From positions 2,046,001-2,110,000 of the forward strand of contig CM030335.1 in NCBI GenBank assembly GCA_017654855.1: 64,000 nucleotides of DNA. The letters run 5' to 3'. The notes under the pieces are model-generated. The model saw nothing but the letters and a program-made list of their open reading frames with translations, searched no databases and had not been told where the DNA came from. Positions within the stretch are counted from its first letter, which is position 1, and each line of letters starts with the position of its first letter. A program made the position numbers and the translations under genes. Positions 12,501 to 24,900 of this stretch are shown here, piece after piece. The stretch comes from Podospora anserina (Eukaryota).

Positions 12501-13992
12501 ATGGAACCACCACCACCCCCTCCTCCCTCAGCTACAGGAGCAGTCTCCCTCCCCAGGCTACCCATCCTCACCTCTGACGAGCTCTCCAAGAAAGCATTTG
12601 GCCCCCTGCAAAAGAGGATCAACTCTGGGGCTGACGTGTCGTTTTTCCTGACGTCGAGGGCGTATAAAGAGTTGATGGTGTGGATTATGCAGTTGAATCA
12701 CTCGCTTATTCCGAGACTGTCGCCCGATACTGCGAGACCGGTGTGTTTTCCGCTGGAACCGGGGAGAAGAGGGTGGAGCGAGCCGGTGAGAAGGTTAAGG
12801 GAAATGTTGGGGGGGTGCGAGGAGTTGATTTTGGAGGCGCCGCCCGAGGAGAACAAGAACAGGAGGTTTGGTAATGGGGCTTGTAGGGTCTGGCATGGGA
12901 AATTGGGGGAGAGGATTCAGGGGTGGATTGATGGGTTGGGTTTGGGGGTAAATGGGGGGGTGAAGGAGGAGTTGAGGGGGTATTTCATGGGTGCTTGGGG
13001 GGATAAAGGACGACTTGACTATGGAACGGGCCATGAGCTGAGCTTTTTGGCGTTTCTGGGCGGGTTGTGGAAGGTGGGGTTTTTCGGGGGGGGAGAGGAA
13101 AAAGAAGGGGAGAGGGAGAGGGAGGTTGTGATTGGGGTTGTCGAGATGTATGTTTTTGTCTTGAGAATGGGAACGGCAGGAGAGGCTAACGTGAAGTAGG
13201 TATTTGGAGGTGGTGAGGAAGTTGATAACGACTTACACGCTTGAACCGGCGGGATCGCATGGGGTGTGGGGGTTGGATGACCACAGTTTTGTGCCTTATA
13301 TTTTTGGGTCGGCGCAGTTTACGAAACCGATTTTGGGGAGGACGGAGGCTACGCCTGTGGAGGGGTCATGTCCGGGGGCGCCGAAGCCGGCGAGTGCGGT
13401 TGATAAACAGACGGTGGAGGATTACAGGGGGAGTAATATGTACTTTGGGGCGATTGGGTTCATCTACGATGTGAAGAGGGGGCCTTTTTGGGAGCATAGC
13501 CCGATGCTGTTTGATATTAGTGGGATTAAGGATGGGTGGGGGAAGATTAATAAGGGGATGGTGAAGATGTATCGGGCCGAGGTGCTGGGGAAGTTTCCGG
13601 TGGTGCAGCATTTTGGGTTTGGGGGGTTGTGGGCGTGGGAGGTGGACCCGGAGATGGTCGGGGAGAGGAGTGTGCATTTGCAGAGTCAGCCGGTGCAAAA
13701 TCAAGCACAGAGTTTGGGGCAGGGCGGAGGGGAGGGGGGGACGAAGGCTCCGTGGGCGAGGGGGGCTATGGGGGGCATGTCTGGCGGGCAGGTGAGTATG
13801 CCTAGGCCGATGGATGGGGGGGTGATGGCGCCGACTGGGCTCCCAGGGAGAGGACAGGTGCCGACGCCGAGGGGCGGGATACCGAATACTGGACCGATGG
13901 AGCAGACGAGTTTTCCGCGGGGAGGGGGGATGCATGATAGAGTTGGGGGGAATCAGTTTAGTGTCACCAAGGCTCCTTGGGCGAAGGACTGA
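12501..13992 (+). CDS. PP2A phosphatase activator (PTPA/RRD family). Intron 13148..13199
   Basis: [62 protein letters not shown] motifs. Confidence 0.93.
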
Positions 13993-14172
13993 GCATGAAA
14001 GAGGTTGTTTTGTTATGCTGTATACGAGATACCCGATTAAATATGGAGAGAACCTTACGGAGCCCCTTATTTATCTTATCGGTACCCCCACCCTACCTAT
14101 TAACTTACCTTTCCTATAATATAGTTAAAAGCCTTAAAAGAAAAATAATAAGCGTTTAATTCGTCTTCAAGG

Positions 14173-14302
14173 GCCTTCAAATGATTTTCAATAGCCTTCA
14201 AACTATCTTTTAGAGCCCTTCAACTATCTTTTAAGCCCTTTTAACTATCTTTTAAGGCCTCATAACCATCTTTTATCGTCTTTTAACTATCTTTTGGAGC
14301 CT
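14173..14302. repeat. Degenerate ~21-bp AT-rich minisatellite (~6 units, consensus like GCCTTYAACTATCTTTTA)
   Basis: Units start at 14173, 14194, 14215, 14235, 14257 and 14278. Confidence 0.75.
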
Positions 14303-14440
14303 ATTATATACCTTTCAATTCTAAATATTTATGCTTTGCAATATAGTTCAATCCTATATTAAGTGGAGGTTGGGGGGGAGGGGGGGTGTTGGTAACATAA
14401 ATAGGGGGCTCCGTGTAGGTTCTCTCTAAATATGTACAAG

Positions 14441-16166
14441 TTATTGATAACTCCTCGCTAGCAAATGCGGCTTCCGTTTGTTGACATCAAGAATCAGCTG
14501 ACCAAACAGCCCATTCGCCCAGGAGAACCAGTGACGAGTCCAGACGCTGACGCTGTGAGTGTTGACGCTCTCGTGCATGAGACCCAACCCGTCTGTCGAC
14601 GACAGGAGCTGTTTGATACAGCTGTAAATCTCGTCGTCGTCATCACTGGTGAGAGCCTGGACGATGAGACCAATGGGCCATGCCATCCCCGGACCGATAT
14701 GTGGCCCTCCCGTTCTGTTTTTCGTTTCGTCAGCCACAAAACTGTCACACCGCCGGAGCAGAGATTCATATGCACACTCACGCATTCAAAACCGGCCCAA
14801 ACATGTAGTAAGGGTTCATCTGACTCAGCGCAAACCTCCTCGTCCGCTGGTACGTTTCGTCTCTTCGGTCGAGGTAGCCGCCTAGCAAAGGGGCGGAGAG
14901 TAAACTGGGGATGTTGGCGTCGTCCATCAGGCTGTGGGAGCCGTAGCCGTCGACTTCGTAGGCGTAGATCCTGCCGTACAGTCTGTGATCTATCCTCCCG
15001 TGATCCTCTATCCCGGCTCTGATCTCCGCTGCCAACTTGGATATTTTTTTGGATGTTGAGGGCGAGATGGGGGAGATGTATGGGGATAGGAGGGAGAGGT
15101 AGGAGGAGAACATCATGTTTCCGGGGATGAAACCCTGGTAGGTACACGCGTCATCGCTAGGGCGGAAGGCACTCCTGACTAGGTTGGTACCAGGGTGAAA
15201 AGGCGGACCGGAGCCGGCGTTGGGGAGGGTTTCGGTTGAGGTTGTGGTTAGGCGTTGGAATTGGTAGGGGGCGTAGGACACCGTGCCGGTGCGGGAGTAA
15301 GTTCCGGTTTGGAGGTCGGTGGTGATGGAGAGGATTCTCTTGAGGGCGGGGAGGAGGTTGAGGGAGGTGGTGAGGAAGGGGGTGTCGGAAGTTTGGGTGA
15401 GGTAGGTGTGGATGAGGGAGAGGAAGGAGGCTAGGGAGTCGAGTTCGTATTTACATTCGTGGACGGTTTTGGGGGAGCCTGGGGAGGAGGGGAGGGGTGG
15501 GTAGATGTGATCGGTTGGGGAGTCGTCTGACTGGGGAGGGGGGATGAGGGATTCTGGGGGGGCGAGGAAGGCGTTGCAGTGGGGGGCTGTGAGGATGTAG
15601 CGGGCTTGGAGGTTGATGAGGCCGCGGTAGAGGGAGGCGAGGGAGGAGGTGGAGTTGGAGGGGGTGAGGAGGGGGGAATAGGAGATTAGTTGGTGGGCTG
15701 AGTCGCGGAGCCACATGGCGGGGATGTCGCCGGTGGTTATGAAGGTGAGTTCTTCTTCTGGGTCGTTGTTTCCTGTCGGCTTGGGGGGTGGGTCTGGGCT
15801 GTTGATGTCTGTGGGGAGATAGTTGGAGGCATTCCTCCAGCTAAGTCCCTTCCAGGTTATGGCTGTGTCGAGGGTGTTGGGGAAGCAATTCTCAAACAGA
15901 CGGAACAAGTCTGGGTCTTTGATGACTTGTTTCATGGAGATGATGGTATCTTCCACCTCTGGGAGGGTAAAGGTTCGACATGATGGGCGTGGTCTTTGAT
16001 AAGAGAGCTTGTAACGACCTGTTGACTTTGGTTCATGATGGGTGGAGGAATAGCCAGAGTAATCGGGGCAACTTGGAGGTTCTGGTTCAAGGGTGAGCTG
16101 AGCTCTGGGTGGTTGAGCTTGGGCAAGCACAGCAAGAGTATGAACTAAGAGAATAGATGCCCTCAT
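14441..16166 (-). CDS. Secreted glycoside hydrolase family 125 (exo-alpha-1,6-mannosidase-like). Intron 14781..14715
   Basis: Signal peptide; LFENCFPNTLDT, ITTGDIPAMWLRDS, ECKYELDSL, FRPSDDA, MDDANIPSLL, GGPHIG, WFSWANGLF motifs. Confidence 0.92.
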
Positions 16167-16602
16167 CTTGGGCCAAACAGACGATAAAAGAAAGACATGT
16201 TCACTTGAACATTCGCGTGAGCCACACTTGGGGGTGGACTAGCATAAATGTCAATGATAAGAATGCCCAGGTTATGCAAGGGAACATCATCTAGAGTATT
16301 GGGATATTTTCAGAGACATAGACCCCAATTCAGCTCTGCAGCGGGCGGCAGTTGCGTTCCGTGGACGACATGACAGCGGAAAAAGATCTGGCTGAATGGA
16401 GAACCTCTTGGCTTTACGGGAGAGCACCTGGTTTGGGGAAGCTGAAGAAAAGATGGTGGAGGGGAATATGTTGCACTGTGTTTAACCGCACAAAAACACA
16501 CTGTCACTGACATGTGTTCCTGCAGGCCGGCATCGTGGCCGTTGAGGCATAGTGGGTGGACACGTCAAGTCAGATTCCACTCTCACTTGCATCCAACAAT
16601 AA

Positions 16603-16674
16603 GCGGCCATGGTGTAGTGGTTAGCATTAATGCCTTCCAAGCATTAGAGTCGGGTTCGATTCCCGATGGCCGCA
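16603..16674 (+). tRNA. tRNA-Gly (anticodon TCC), intronless
   Basis: Acceptor stem GCGGCCA/TGGCCGC, D-loop AGTGG, anticodon arm AATGC-CTTCCAA-GCATT, T arm TCGGG-TTCGATT-CCCGA. Confidence 0.96.
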
Positions 16675-17371
16675 TTCAAAGACACATCTCTGCTGTCAAG
16701 CACAGTGTGAGGAGTTACCAATATCTTTTGTTTCCTTGGGCCCCTACCATTTTTGGATGATTTTTGGGATGGCTTGGCGGTGAGGTTCAAGGTTGAGATG
16801 ACATGTTGCTTTGGGACAGAGAACCCCTCCATTTTCTTGCATCTACACACATTTTCGACCCAGTTTCCTTCTATTTTTGTTTCACAAGAGCACTCGATAC
16901 GCGCCACAATTGACAGCTCTCCCCTCTTCCAAGAACAAATGCCATGATCAACCCCGCATCATCCACACGGGAAATCTTCTGTGCATTTTCCGGGGGCGGC
17001 TCATTCTGGACGGCGGATTATCGGCATCCTTGCAGAACTTGGCATCGGATAATCTGCAGGGCGTCCCCTGTATTGGCTTGGCTGCTACTGCCTGGGGTCT
17101 TTGGGGGGGGTTGAGAGGCGGGAGGACAAGCTCCTGCAAAGCAGACTCTTGGACGTCTTGTCAAGTGGCCTTTTGAAGGGTCTTTTTCTTGAGCTTGCCA
17201 TCATGAGTGTATCATGAGGACCGTCTCTGTTTGTTTTGTTTCGGCCTTTTTCATCTGACTATGACGCTGCCTTGATGTCAACGACAAACAACACGATGTG
17301 CTCGCGGCATTGATTGCTTACCAACTCGATTTCAGGATATCAAGGGGGAGTTAACAGGTTGCGGTATCTTT

Positions 17372-20154
17372 ATGGAATCAAAGATGAGGAGAGCTGAAGA
17401 GAGCTCACCATTTCGCAAGCCGTTCAGCATGGCGGCTGCTCCGTTACGTTTTAGGGGGATGCCCCGGAGGAGTCGCTTTGTGGTGTATGCGTTGGTGTTT
17501 ATCAGTTTCTTGTATCTGATACCGAGGATGCACTTGGGTATGGGTGGGACATTATTGTTTTTCTTGATATCTCCCGAGGCTGCTGGACCTTATGGGGGTG
17601 GACACAAGGTTGATATCTTGCGATATGTTGATCCCTTGATCGGGACGACGAATGGTGGTCATGTTTTTCCTGGAGCATCACTGCCCTATGGTTAGCCCTT
17701 CTTCTCATCTTTCCTAGGCCCCATCATTAACACCAGCTCTAGGCATGGCCAAAGCAGTCGCCGACACAAACAGCCACGCTGAAAACGCCGCCGGCTTCGT
17801 GTCTGACAACAGCGAGATCCTCGGCTTCTCACATATGCACGACTCTGGGACAGGCGGCCAGCCATCCATGGGTAACTTTCCCCTTTTCGTCCATGCAGGC
17901 TGCCCAGAGGATGATCACAAGCAATGCGTCTACTCCCTCATGGACCGCCCCATCGCCAGAGTCAACGGCTCCGCCTTTGCCGCCCCAGGATATTTCAGCC
18001 TCAACCTCACCAACCATGTGCGCGCAGAGATGACAGTCACTGAACACACAGCTCTGTACCGCTTTTCCTTCCCAGGAAACGACACCCTCACGTTGAAGAG
18101 CGACGACCCGCTCAGGAAGAAGGATGTCGATATCACTTACTCGCCTATTATCCTTGTTGATTTGGTTGATATGATGAACAGCAGGTCAACGGGCGGGATC
18201 CAGGTGTACAATCAGTCTGGACGTATCGTCGGTGAAGGACAGTATCAGCCTTCTTTCGGAGCGGGAAGATACAACGCCTTTTTCTGTGCCGACTTCAAAG
18301 GTGCTGCCATTAGAAAGACGGGGACGTTTATCAGTAATAATGCCACTGAAGGAGTCAACTTTCTGGATGGGGTCGGTAATGGCTTTTACATCCCCTCTGG
18401 CTCGGCCGGTGCCTGGATTCAGTTTGAAAAACCGGTTGAGAACAACCATGAGATTATGGCTAGGGTGGGCGTGTCTTTTATCAGCGTGGATCAAGCTTGT
18501 GACAATGCTGAGAGAGAGATTGCGGACTACAACTTTGAGAGGGTGGAGAGCCAGGCGAGAAAGGAGTGGAGGAAGAAGCTGGAGGTGGTTGAGGTGGATG
18601 GGACGGGAGTGAGTGAGGATATGCTGACCACTTTCTGGTCGGGGTTGTACAGGACATTGCTGTCGCCACAGAATTATACGGGGGAGAATCAGCTGTGGAA
18701 TAATTCCACCGAGCCATACTTCGACTCGTAAGTCTTTGCCCAAGACAGCAGATGCAGGACGACTAACATGCCGCAGATTCTACTGCATCTGGGACTCCTT
18801 CCGAGCCCAGCACCCCCTTCTGACCATCATCGACCCCCCAGCCCAGACAGACATGATCCGCGCCCTTATCGACATCTACCGCCACGAAGGAAAACTCCCC
18901 GACTGCCGCATGTCCTTCAGCAAAGGCTACACCCAAGGCGGCAGCAACGCCGACATCGTCCTCGCCGACGCCTTTGTCAAGAACCTCACCGACAACATCG
19001 ACTGGGACACTGCCTACAAAGCCGTCCTCTCCGATGCGGAAGAAGAGCCCCAAATGTGGGGTGTCGAGGGCAGAGGCAACTTGGAAAGCTGGCATAAACT
19101 GGGGTACATCCCCTGGGACGACATCGACACCAACGGCACAGGCCCAATGTCCCGCTCCATTTCCCGCGGTGTGGAATACGCCTACGATGACTTTGCCATC
19201 TCCCTCCTCGCCTCCGGCCTTGGCCACGACGCAGACGCCAAAAAATACCACCAGCGCGGCTCCAACTGGAGAAACTACTGGAACCCGCAACAGGCTGACC
19301 TCTACCGGGAAGACCCAGACGGTCCGGTGCTCAAGACAAAGTTCAAGGGGTTCATGCAACCGCGCAAACTAGACGGCTCGTTCCGCTATGAAAACACCCG
19401 AGCTTGCTCCCCGGTGCACAACATGCACATCTGCTACTACGACACTCATCTCAGCTCCTACGAGGGCTCACCGTGGCTGTACTCATTCTTTGTCCCGCAA
19501 GACATGGACAGCTTGATCACGCTTATGGGGGGGCCGGACGCGTTTGTGGAGAGGTTGAATTACTTCCACACGAGCGGGATTTCGTACATGGGGAATGAAC
19601 AGGGTTTTTTACCTGTTTTCCAATTCCATTATGCCGGGCGACCGGCGATATCTTCTTACTGGGCGCGCTCTTACATCCCTTCGCTGTTCAACAGTTCAGT
19701 AAACGGCATCCCGGGTAACGACGACTGTGCCATGGGTGCATTCTCGGCGTTTGCAATGATGGGGTTTTTCCCCGTTGCAGGACAAGACGTCTACCTGCTC
19801 ACGCCCCCGTTTTTTAGGGAGGTGAAGATCAAGGCGAAGTCGGGGGGAAACAAGTGGGCGGTGATCAGGGTCAAGAACTTTGATCCGGAGGGGAGGAGGA
19901 TATACATCCAATCTGCCACCCTAAACGGGAGGAGATACACCAGGAACTGGATCACGCATGAGTTTTTTATCAAGGGGGGCATCCTCGAGTTTGTGGTGGG
20001 CGAGGAGGAAGGGAAGGAGTGGGGGAGGGGGGAGGAGGGTAGGCCGCCTAGTTGGTACGGTGATGAGGATTTTGGGGATTGGGATGGGAATAAGGGGGTG
20101 GAGGGGGTGGATGCGGAGGAGGAGGAGAGGCAGGCGGGGAGGAGGGGGAGATAG
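17372..20154 (+). CDS. Glycoside hydrolase family 92 (alpha-1,2-mannosidase-like). Introns 17691..17742 and 18728..18776; start could be 17429
   Basis: YVDPLIGT..GGHVFPGASLPYG|MAKAVAD, GFSHMHDSGTGG, DSFYCIWDSFR, TQGGSNAD, YMGNE, GIPGNDD motifs. Confidence 0.92.
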
Positions 20155-20269
20155 TTTTTTTCTTGTGGTTTTGGTGTTGGTGATGTATATAGGGCAGCAG
20201 AAGAAATAAATGCTGGAGGTATAAGTGAAGTGCATCTTCAAGGTGTCGGTGACTAAAAACGCTTCGATA

Positions 20270-20478
20270 GGCCTTATACACATATCACCAGGCCTTATAC
20301 ACATATCACCAGGCCTTAAACGCATATCACCTGGCCTTAACCGCATATCACCAGGCATTGAACGCATATCACCAGGCATTAAACACATATCAACAGAGCC
20401 CAAAACAGCTTTAATAGGCCTTAAAAACATATTTGAGGCTTTGAATACATATCAACAGGCCTTTCGAGATAATCAAGA
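20270..20478. repeat. 21-bp tandem minisatellite (~10 units, GGCCTTAAACRCATATCACCA)
   Basis: Units at 20270, 20291, 20312, 20333, 20354 and 20375, then more degenerate units to 20478. Confidence 0.9.
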
Positions 20479-20836
20479 GGCCCCAGGAAAGTGGTGACAA
20501 TCGGGGCGGTCACATGATGTGCTCCATCTCTCCAAGCCAGCAGTTTTTTTGCCTAATTTTATGTATCACAAAATCATGATTTCACGCTCAAACTTTTTAC
20601 TATGAGAATAAGTTTCACAATTCTGCAATCCCTCGTTTTTTGAGTGATAGCTCACAATATCTCACCCTGCGCAACATTGGCAAAGTTTTTTGTGTGAGAC
20701 GGGGCATTTTTCTACCCCTCCTTCATCAAAAAACTTGCTACCCCTCAACACCAAGAAATATCATCACCACTCTTTTTTTTTCATTTTTCATTTTCATTTT
20801 TTTTTTCACATTCACCAACCACAGACCAAAACAAAA

Positions 20837-21691
20837 ATGTCAACCCACGACTCAGACAACGAGTCAGGCGGCGGCGGAGAGCTTGGGTTGTTTTCCGAAC
20901 CAACAGATTACTACCCTCCCTCCCCCCCACCAACAACAGAGACTTACACCACCGCGACGGGGGAGATCATAACCCTCCACCTCGTCGGGCACTCCCCCCT
21001 CGAAGCCCACCACCTATGGTAACCCCCCCTCCCTTGTTCTCATTCACACAAACCATTTCTGACACTTGGTTCACCTAGGAATGGCTCAAGAGTCATATCC
21101 CAACTTTTCGAATCAACCCCCACCACCACGGTGCAAAACCGCACAGTCTGCGAGCTCGGCGCCGGCGCCGGCCTCCCCTCCCTCGTGGCCTCCATGCTGG
21201 GCGCTTCCCTCGTCGTCTGCACTGACTTCCCCGACCCGGACCTCATCGCCACCATACAAAAAAACATTGACGGGTGCCACCTCCTCCCCCACGACAACGA
21301 CGAGCTCAACATCGTCGCTGACGGTTTTGTCTGGGGCGCCTCCCCTTCCACCCTCCTCCGTCACTCCCCTAACGGGTTCGACGTCCTCATCCTCGCCGAT
21401 TTGCTCTTCAGACACTCTGAGCACGGCAATATGATCAAGACCATCAGGGAGACTCTCAAGCGCACAAGAGAAGCAAAAGCCTATGTCGTCTTTTGCAGCT
21501 ACCGCCCCTGGCTGAGGGAAAAGGATCTCAAGTTTTTTGACCTGTGCAGGGAGGATGGGTTCGAGGTGGAACAAATCTTGGAAAAGAAGATGGACAAGAA
21601 GCTATTTGAGGAGGATCCGGGGGACGAGGAGATCCTCAAGACGGTTACGGGGTGGGTAGTTAGTTGGCCTGAGAAGGAGTGGGTTGCGTGA
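20837..21691 (+). CDS. EFM7: Protein N-terminal/lysine methyltransferase (Efm7/Nnt1-like). Intron 21019..21078
   Basis: LHLVGHSPLEAHHLW|NG, VCELGAGAGLPSL SAM-binding motif, TDFPDPDLI, LILADLLF, F.SYRPW. Confidence 0.85.
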
Positions 21692-21989
21692 GGGGATGAG
21701 AAAATGAAGAGGGTGCAAGTGGTATAGTTGGAAAAATAAAATAAATAAATAATTGAATAACAGGCCGAGTGAGAGAGGGGTAGGACGTGTGAGGATCATG
21801 AATACCACATACATCAAGACAATTCTTGGGTCAACAATATGTGACCAACCCCAACGGAGTGAACAAGACACATACAATGTATATATCAACACTCAAAGCT
21901 ATGCGCACAAATTCATTCATCATAACCCTTCCCATTCCATGCCCCCCAATCCAACCCATACACATTTGCCCATTTCCCATCCCCTCCAC

Positions 21990-24900
21990 CTACCACCTCC
22001 TCCCATAAACATCATGCTCCTTCCTCGGCCTCCTCACCCCGTGCTTCCCACCAACAAACTCGCCCACATCCCTCGCCACATTCATCCCATCATTCCCCTC
22101 CAGCCCATCCACCCCCAAGCTCGCCCGAGCATCATGCTTGAACAGATCCAAAATCTCCTGCAAACCCAGTTTCAGCTGGTTCTTCCCCTTCTTCCTCATC
22201 CCACCCTCAATCGTCGCCTCCGCCAGCATCCTCTTCTTGTTCTGCAGCTCCAGTATCCTAGCCTCGACTGTATCCTGAACAGTAAGTTTATACACAATCA
22301 CGTCCACCGTCTGCGTCAGTCTGTGGACCCGATCGATAGCCTGCTCCTCCACAAACGGGTTCCAGAACGGCTCAACAATGATGACGCGGGTGGCGGCCGT
22401 CAAATTGAGACCGAGGGAGCCGCACTTGAGAGAGCAGAGCAGGATGCGGGTGTGAGGGTCGGTGCGGAGGGCCTTGAGGGCAGCTTCGCGAGCGTCGTTG
22501 GGCATCTTGCCGTCGTAGCGGACGGCTTTCATGCCTGGCTGAGAGCGCAAAAACGGCTCGATGAGGTCGAGCATGGAGGTGAACTGCGAAAAGACAATGA
22601 ACTTGTGCTCGTGGGCTTCCTTGCGCAGGATGGAGAGCAGTTCCCGAATCTTGGCGGATTGAGTAATGCCTCCGGAACTTTTGGCCGACTTGGATTTCTT
22701 CTTCCGCTCTGGTTCTTGTTGGCCAGGACGGCGGGATCGTCTTTGGATGGGAAGGTCATCGTGTGAGTCGTCGTCCGGGTCCGAAGAGATCAACTCAGAA
22801 GCGGAGATCTCTTCCTCGTCTTCGCCAGAACCTTCGGTATCCTGGGATGCGACTTGTGACTGCGATACCCTAGACACCGACACGAACGATTCATCCTCTT
22901 CCGAGCCGGAATCAGACTCTGACCTGGATCCGTGGACGTCAGCCTGAGAGTCATCCTTGACAATGAAGCTGTCGAGCTGGCTCTCGTCATCGTCATCTTC
23001 TTCAGACGAGTGCTCAGAGTCCTCGGAAGCGATATCGTCGCCACCGCCCTCGGCATCCTCATCCTCTGAACCCCCGCACTTCCCAAGTCTCAAAGCACCC
23101 TGTTGATCCTCACCCACCAACCAGCTCCCCTCCTCTTCCTCGTCGCTGTCCTCAACAATCCTCCTCGCTTTTGATCTCTTCTTGCTCGCCGCCACCTTCT
23201 CGATCTTGATCTCCTCCTTCACCACACTGACCCTCCTCCCATCCGTCTTCTTTTTCTTCTTGCTCGGACTCTCACTGATAACCTTTTGCATACTATCAAT
23301 GCAATCCGAGCACTTCACCTGCCCGCTCCCCATCTCCTTCTTGCTCAACTCACTCAGACACATCTCGCACTTCCTCGTCCGAATCCCCATCCCCCCAAAC
23401 GCATCCGCCAAATCATCCAAGTCATCCCGAGCCTTCCCCTTCGGCTGAGCAGTCGAATCCACCGCCAGCGCCTCCTGATCCTTCTCCAGCTTCGTGTCCG
23501 TCAACCTAGGATGATTGCAAGCCTGCCTCAGCCTCAAAAGCAATACCAACGCATTCGCATAGTCAATCCTCCCCTTCATCATCTTCTCCAAACTCTTATC
23601 CGCCCTCGCCTCCAACGCATCATAAAACTCCCTCTCCGCCTCGGAAAACTTGGTCTCCACCGTCACAACTTTCCTTTCTGTGATCTTGAACGCCGGCTTC
23701 GGCATCTCCCTCTCCTCCCCATCCCCCCCCCTCTCCTCCTCCATCTTCGCCTTCATAGCATCCAACGCCTTCTTCCCCCCAGCAACCAACGCCCCCTCCT
23801 CCTTCAAAATCTCCTTCGTCCTCCTCTTCATAAAACACCTCAGCAGATTATGCAACCTCTTGATCGCCACATGCCCCTTCCCCTGCTTCATCGGCCCATC
23901 AATATCCTTCCTCCACTCCCCCAGCTCATCATAAGGCGGCACCCTCAAAAAGTGCACCAAGCTCTGCAGCTCATCCAGATTATTCTGCATCGGCGTCCCC
24001 GTCAAGCACCACCTGTACTCCGCCCTCAACCCACAGCACGCCTTGGTCGCCTTTGCATTCCTATTCTTGATGCTGTGCGCCTCATCCAGAATAACGCGAT
24101 ACCAATACACCCCAAAACACCCCACCTGCGGGCTCTTGGCCGGGTCCGGGTGGCTGTTCCCGTGCTCCGACACCAAAATCTGATACGTCGTAATCACCAC
24201 GTCAAACTTTGCCAGTTGTTTCGCATCCTTGGTCCTGTTCGGCCCATGGTGCACACAAACCTTCAACCCCAACACCTCCCCGTCAACCTTCTCCTTGATC
24301 TCGGCCTCCCACTGCCTAATCAACGCCAGCGGCGCTACCACCAGCGTCCCCCTCTTCACCTCGGAAAAATGCTTCTTCCACCCCTTCCCTCCTTCTTCCG
24401 GCATGGGGTTCGACACAATGAGCGATATGCTCTGCAGCGTCTTCCCCAACCCCATATCATCCGCCAGAATCCCCCCCTTTGGCACCCGTCCCTTCTTCAG
24501 CGGTCCCAGTTCCCGGTTCTTCATCCATTTGACACCAACAACCTGGTGAGGTAAGAGCTTGACTTTGATACCGACCAGGGTACCATCTTCCTGGACTCCC
24601 TCTTCGGGTTCTTTTTCTTCTGGCCCTGCTGTCTTCTTTTCCTCCTTGTTTTTAGGAGGGGCATCATCTTCCTCTTCCTCATCCTCCATCCCCCCCTCTA
24701 GCAAAGCCTTGAGATCGGCATTCGCCTTGGCGGGATCGGTATAAAACGTCGTGTCCCCATAACCACCACCGCCGCCGGGCTTGGTGTATTGATACACCGG
24801 CTGAGCCTCTTCACTCAGCGAGCTAAACATTGGCAGCTCCGGCTTCTTGGGGGGCACATTTTTTGGTTTGAGCGGACCAGAGTTCCTATACAGATCCGCG

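Noticed and set aside
20270-20478. CRISPR-like appearance of the periodic repeat
   Set aside because: Contiguous tandem units with no spacers, eukaryotic context, no cas genes
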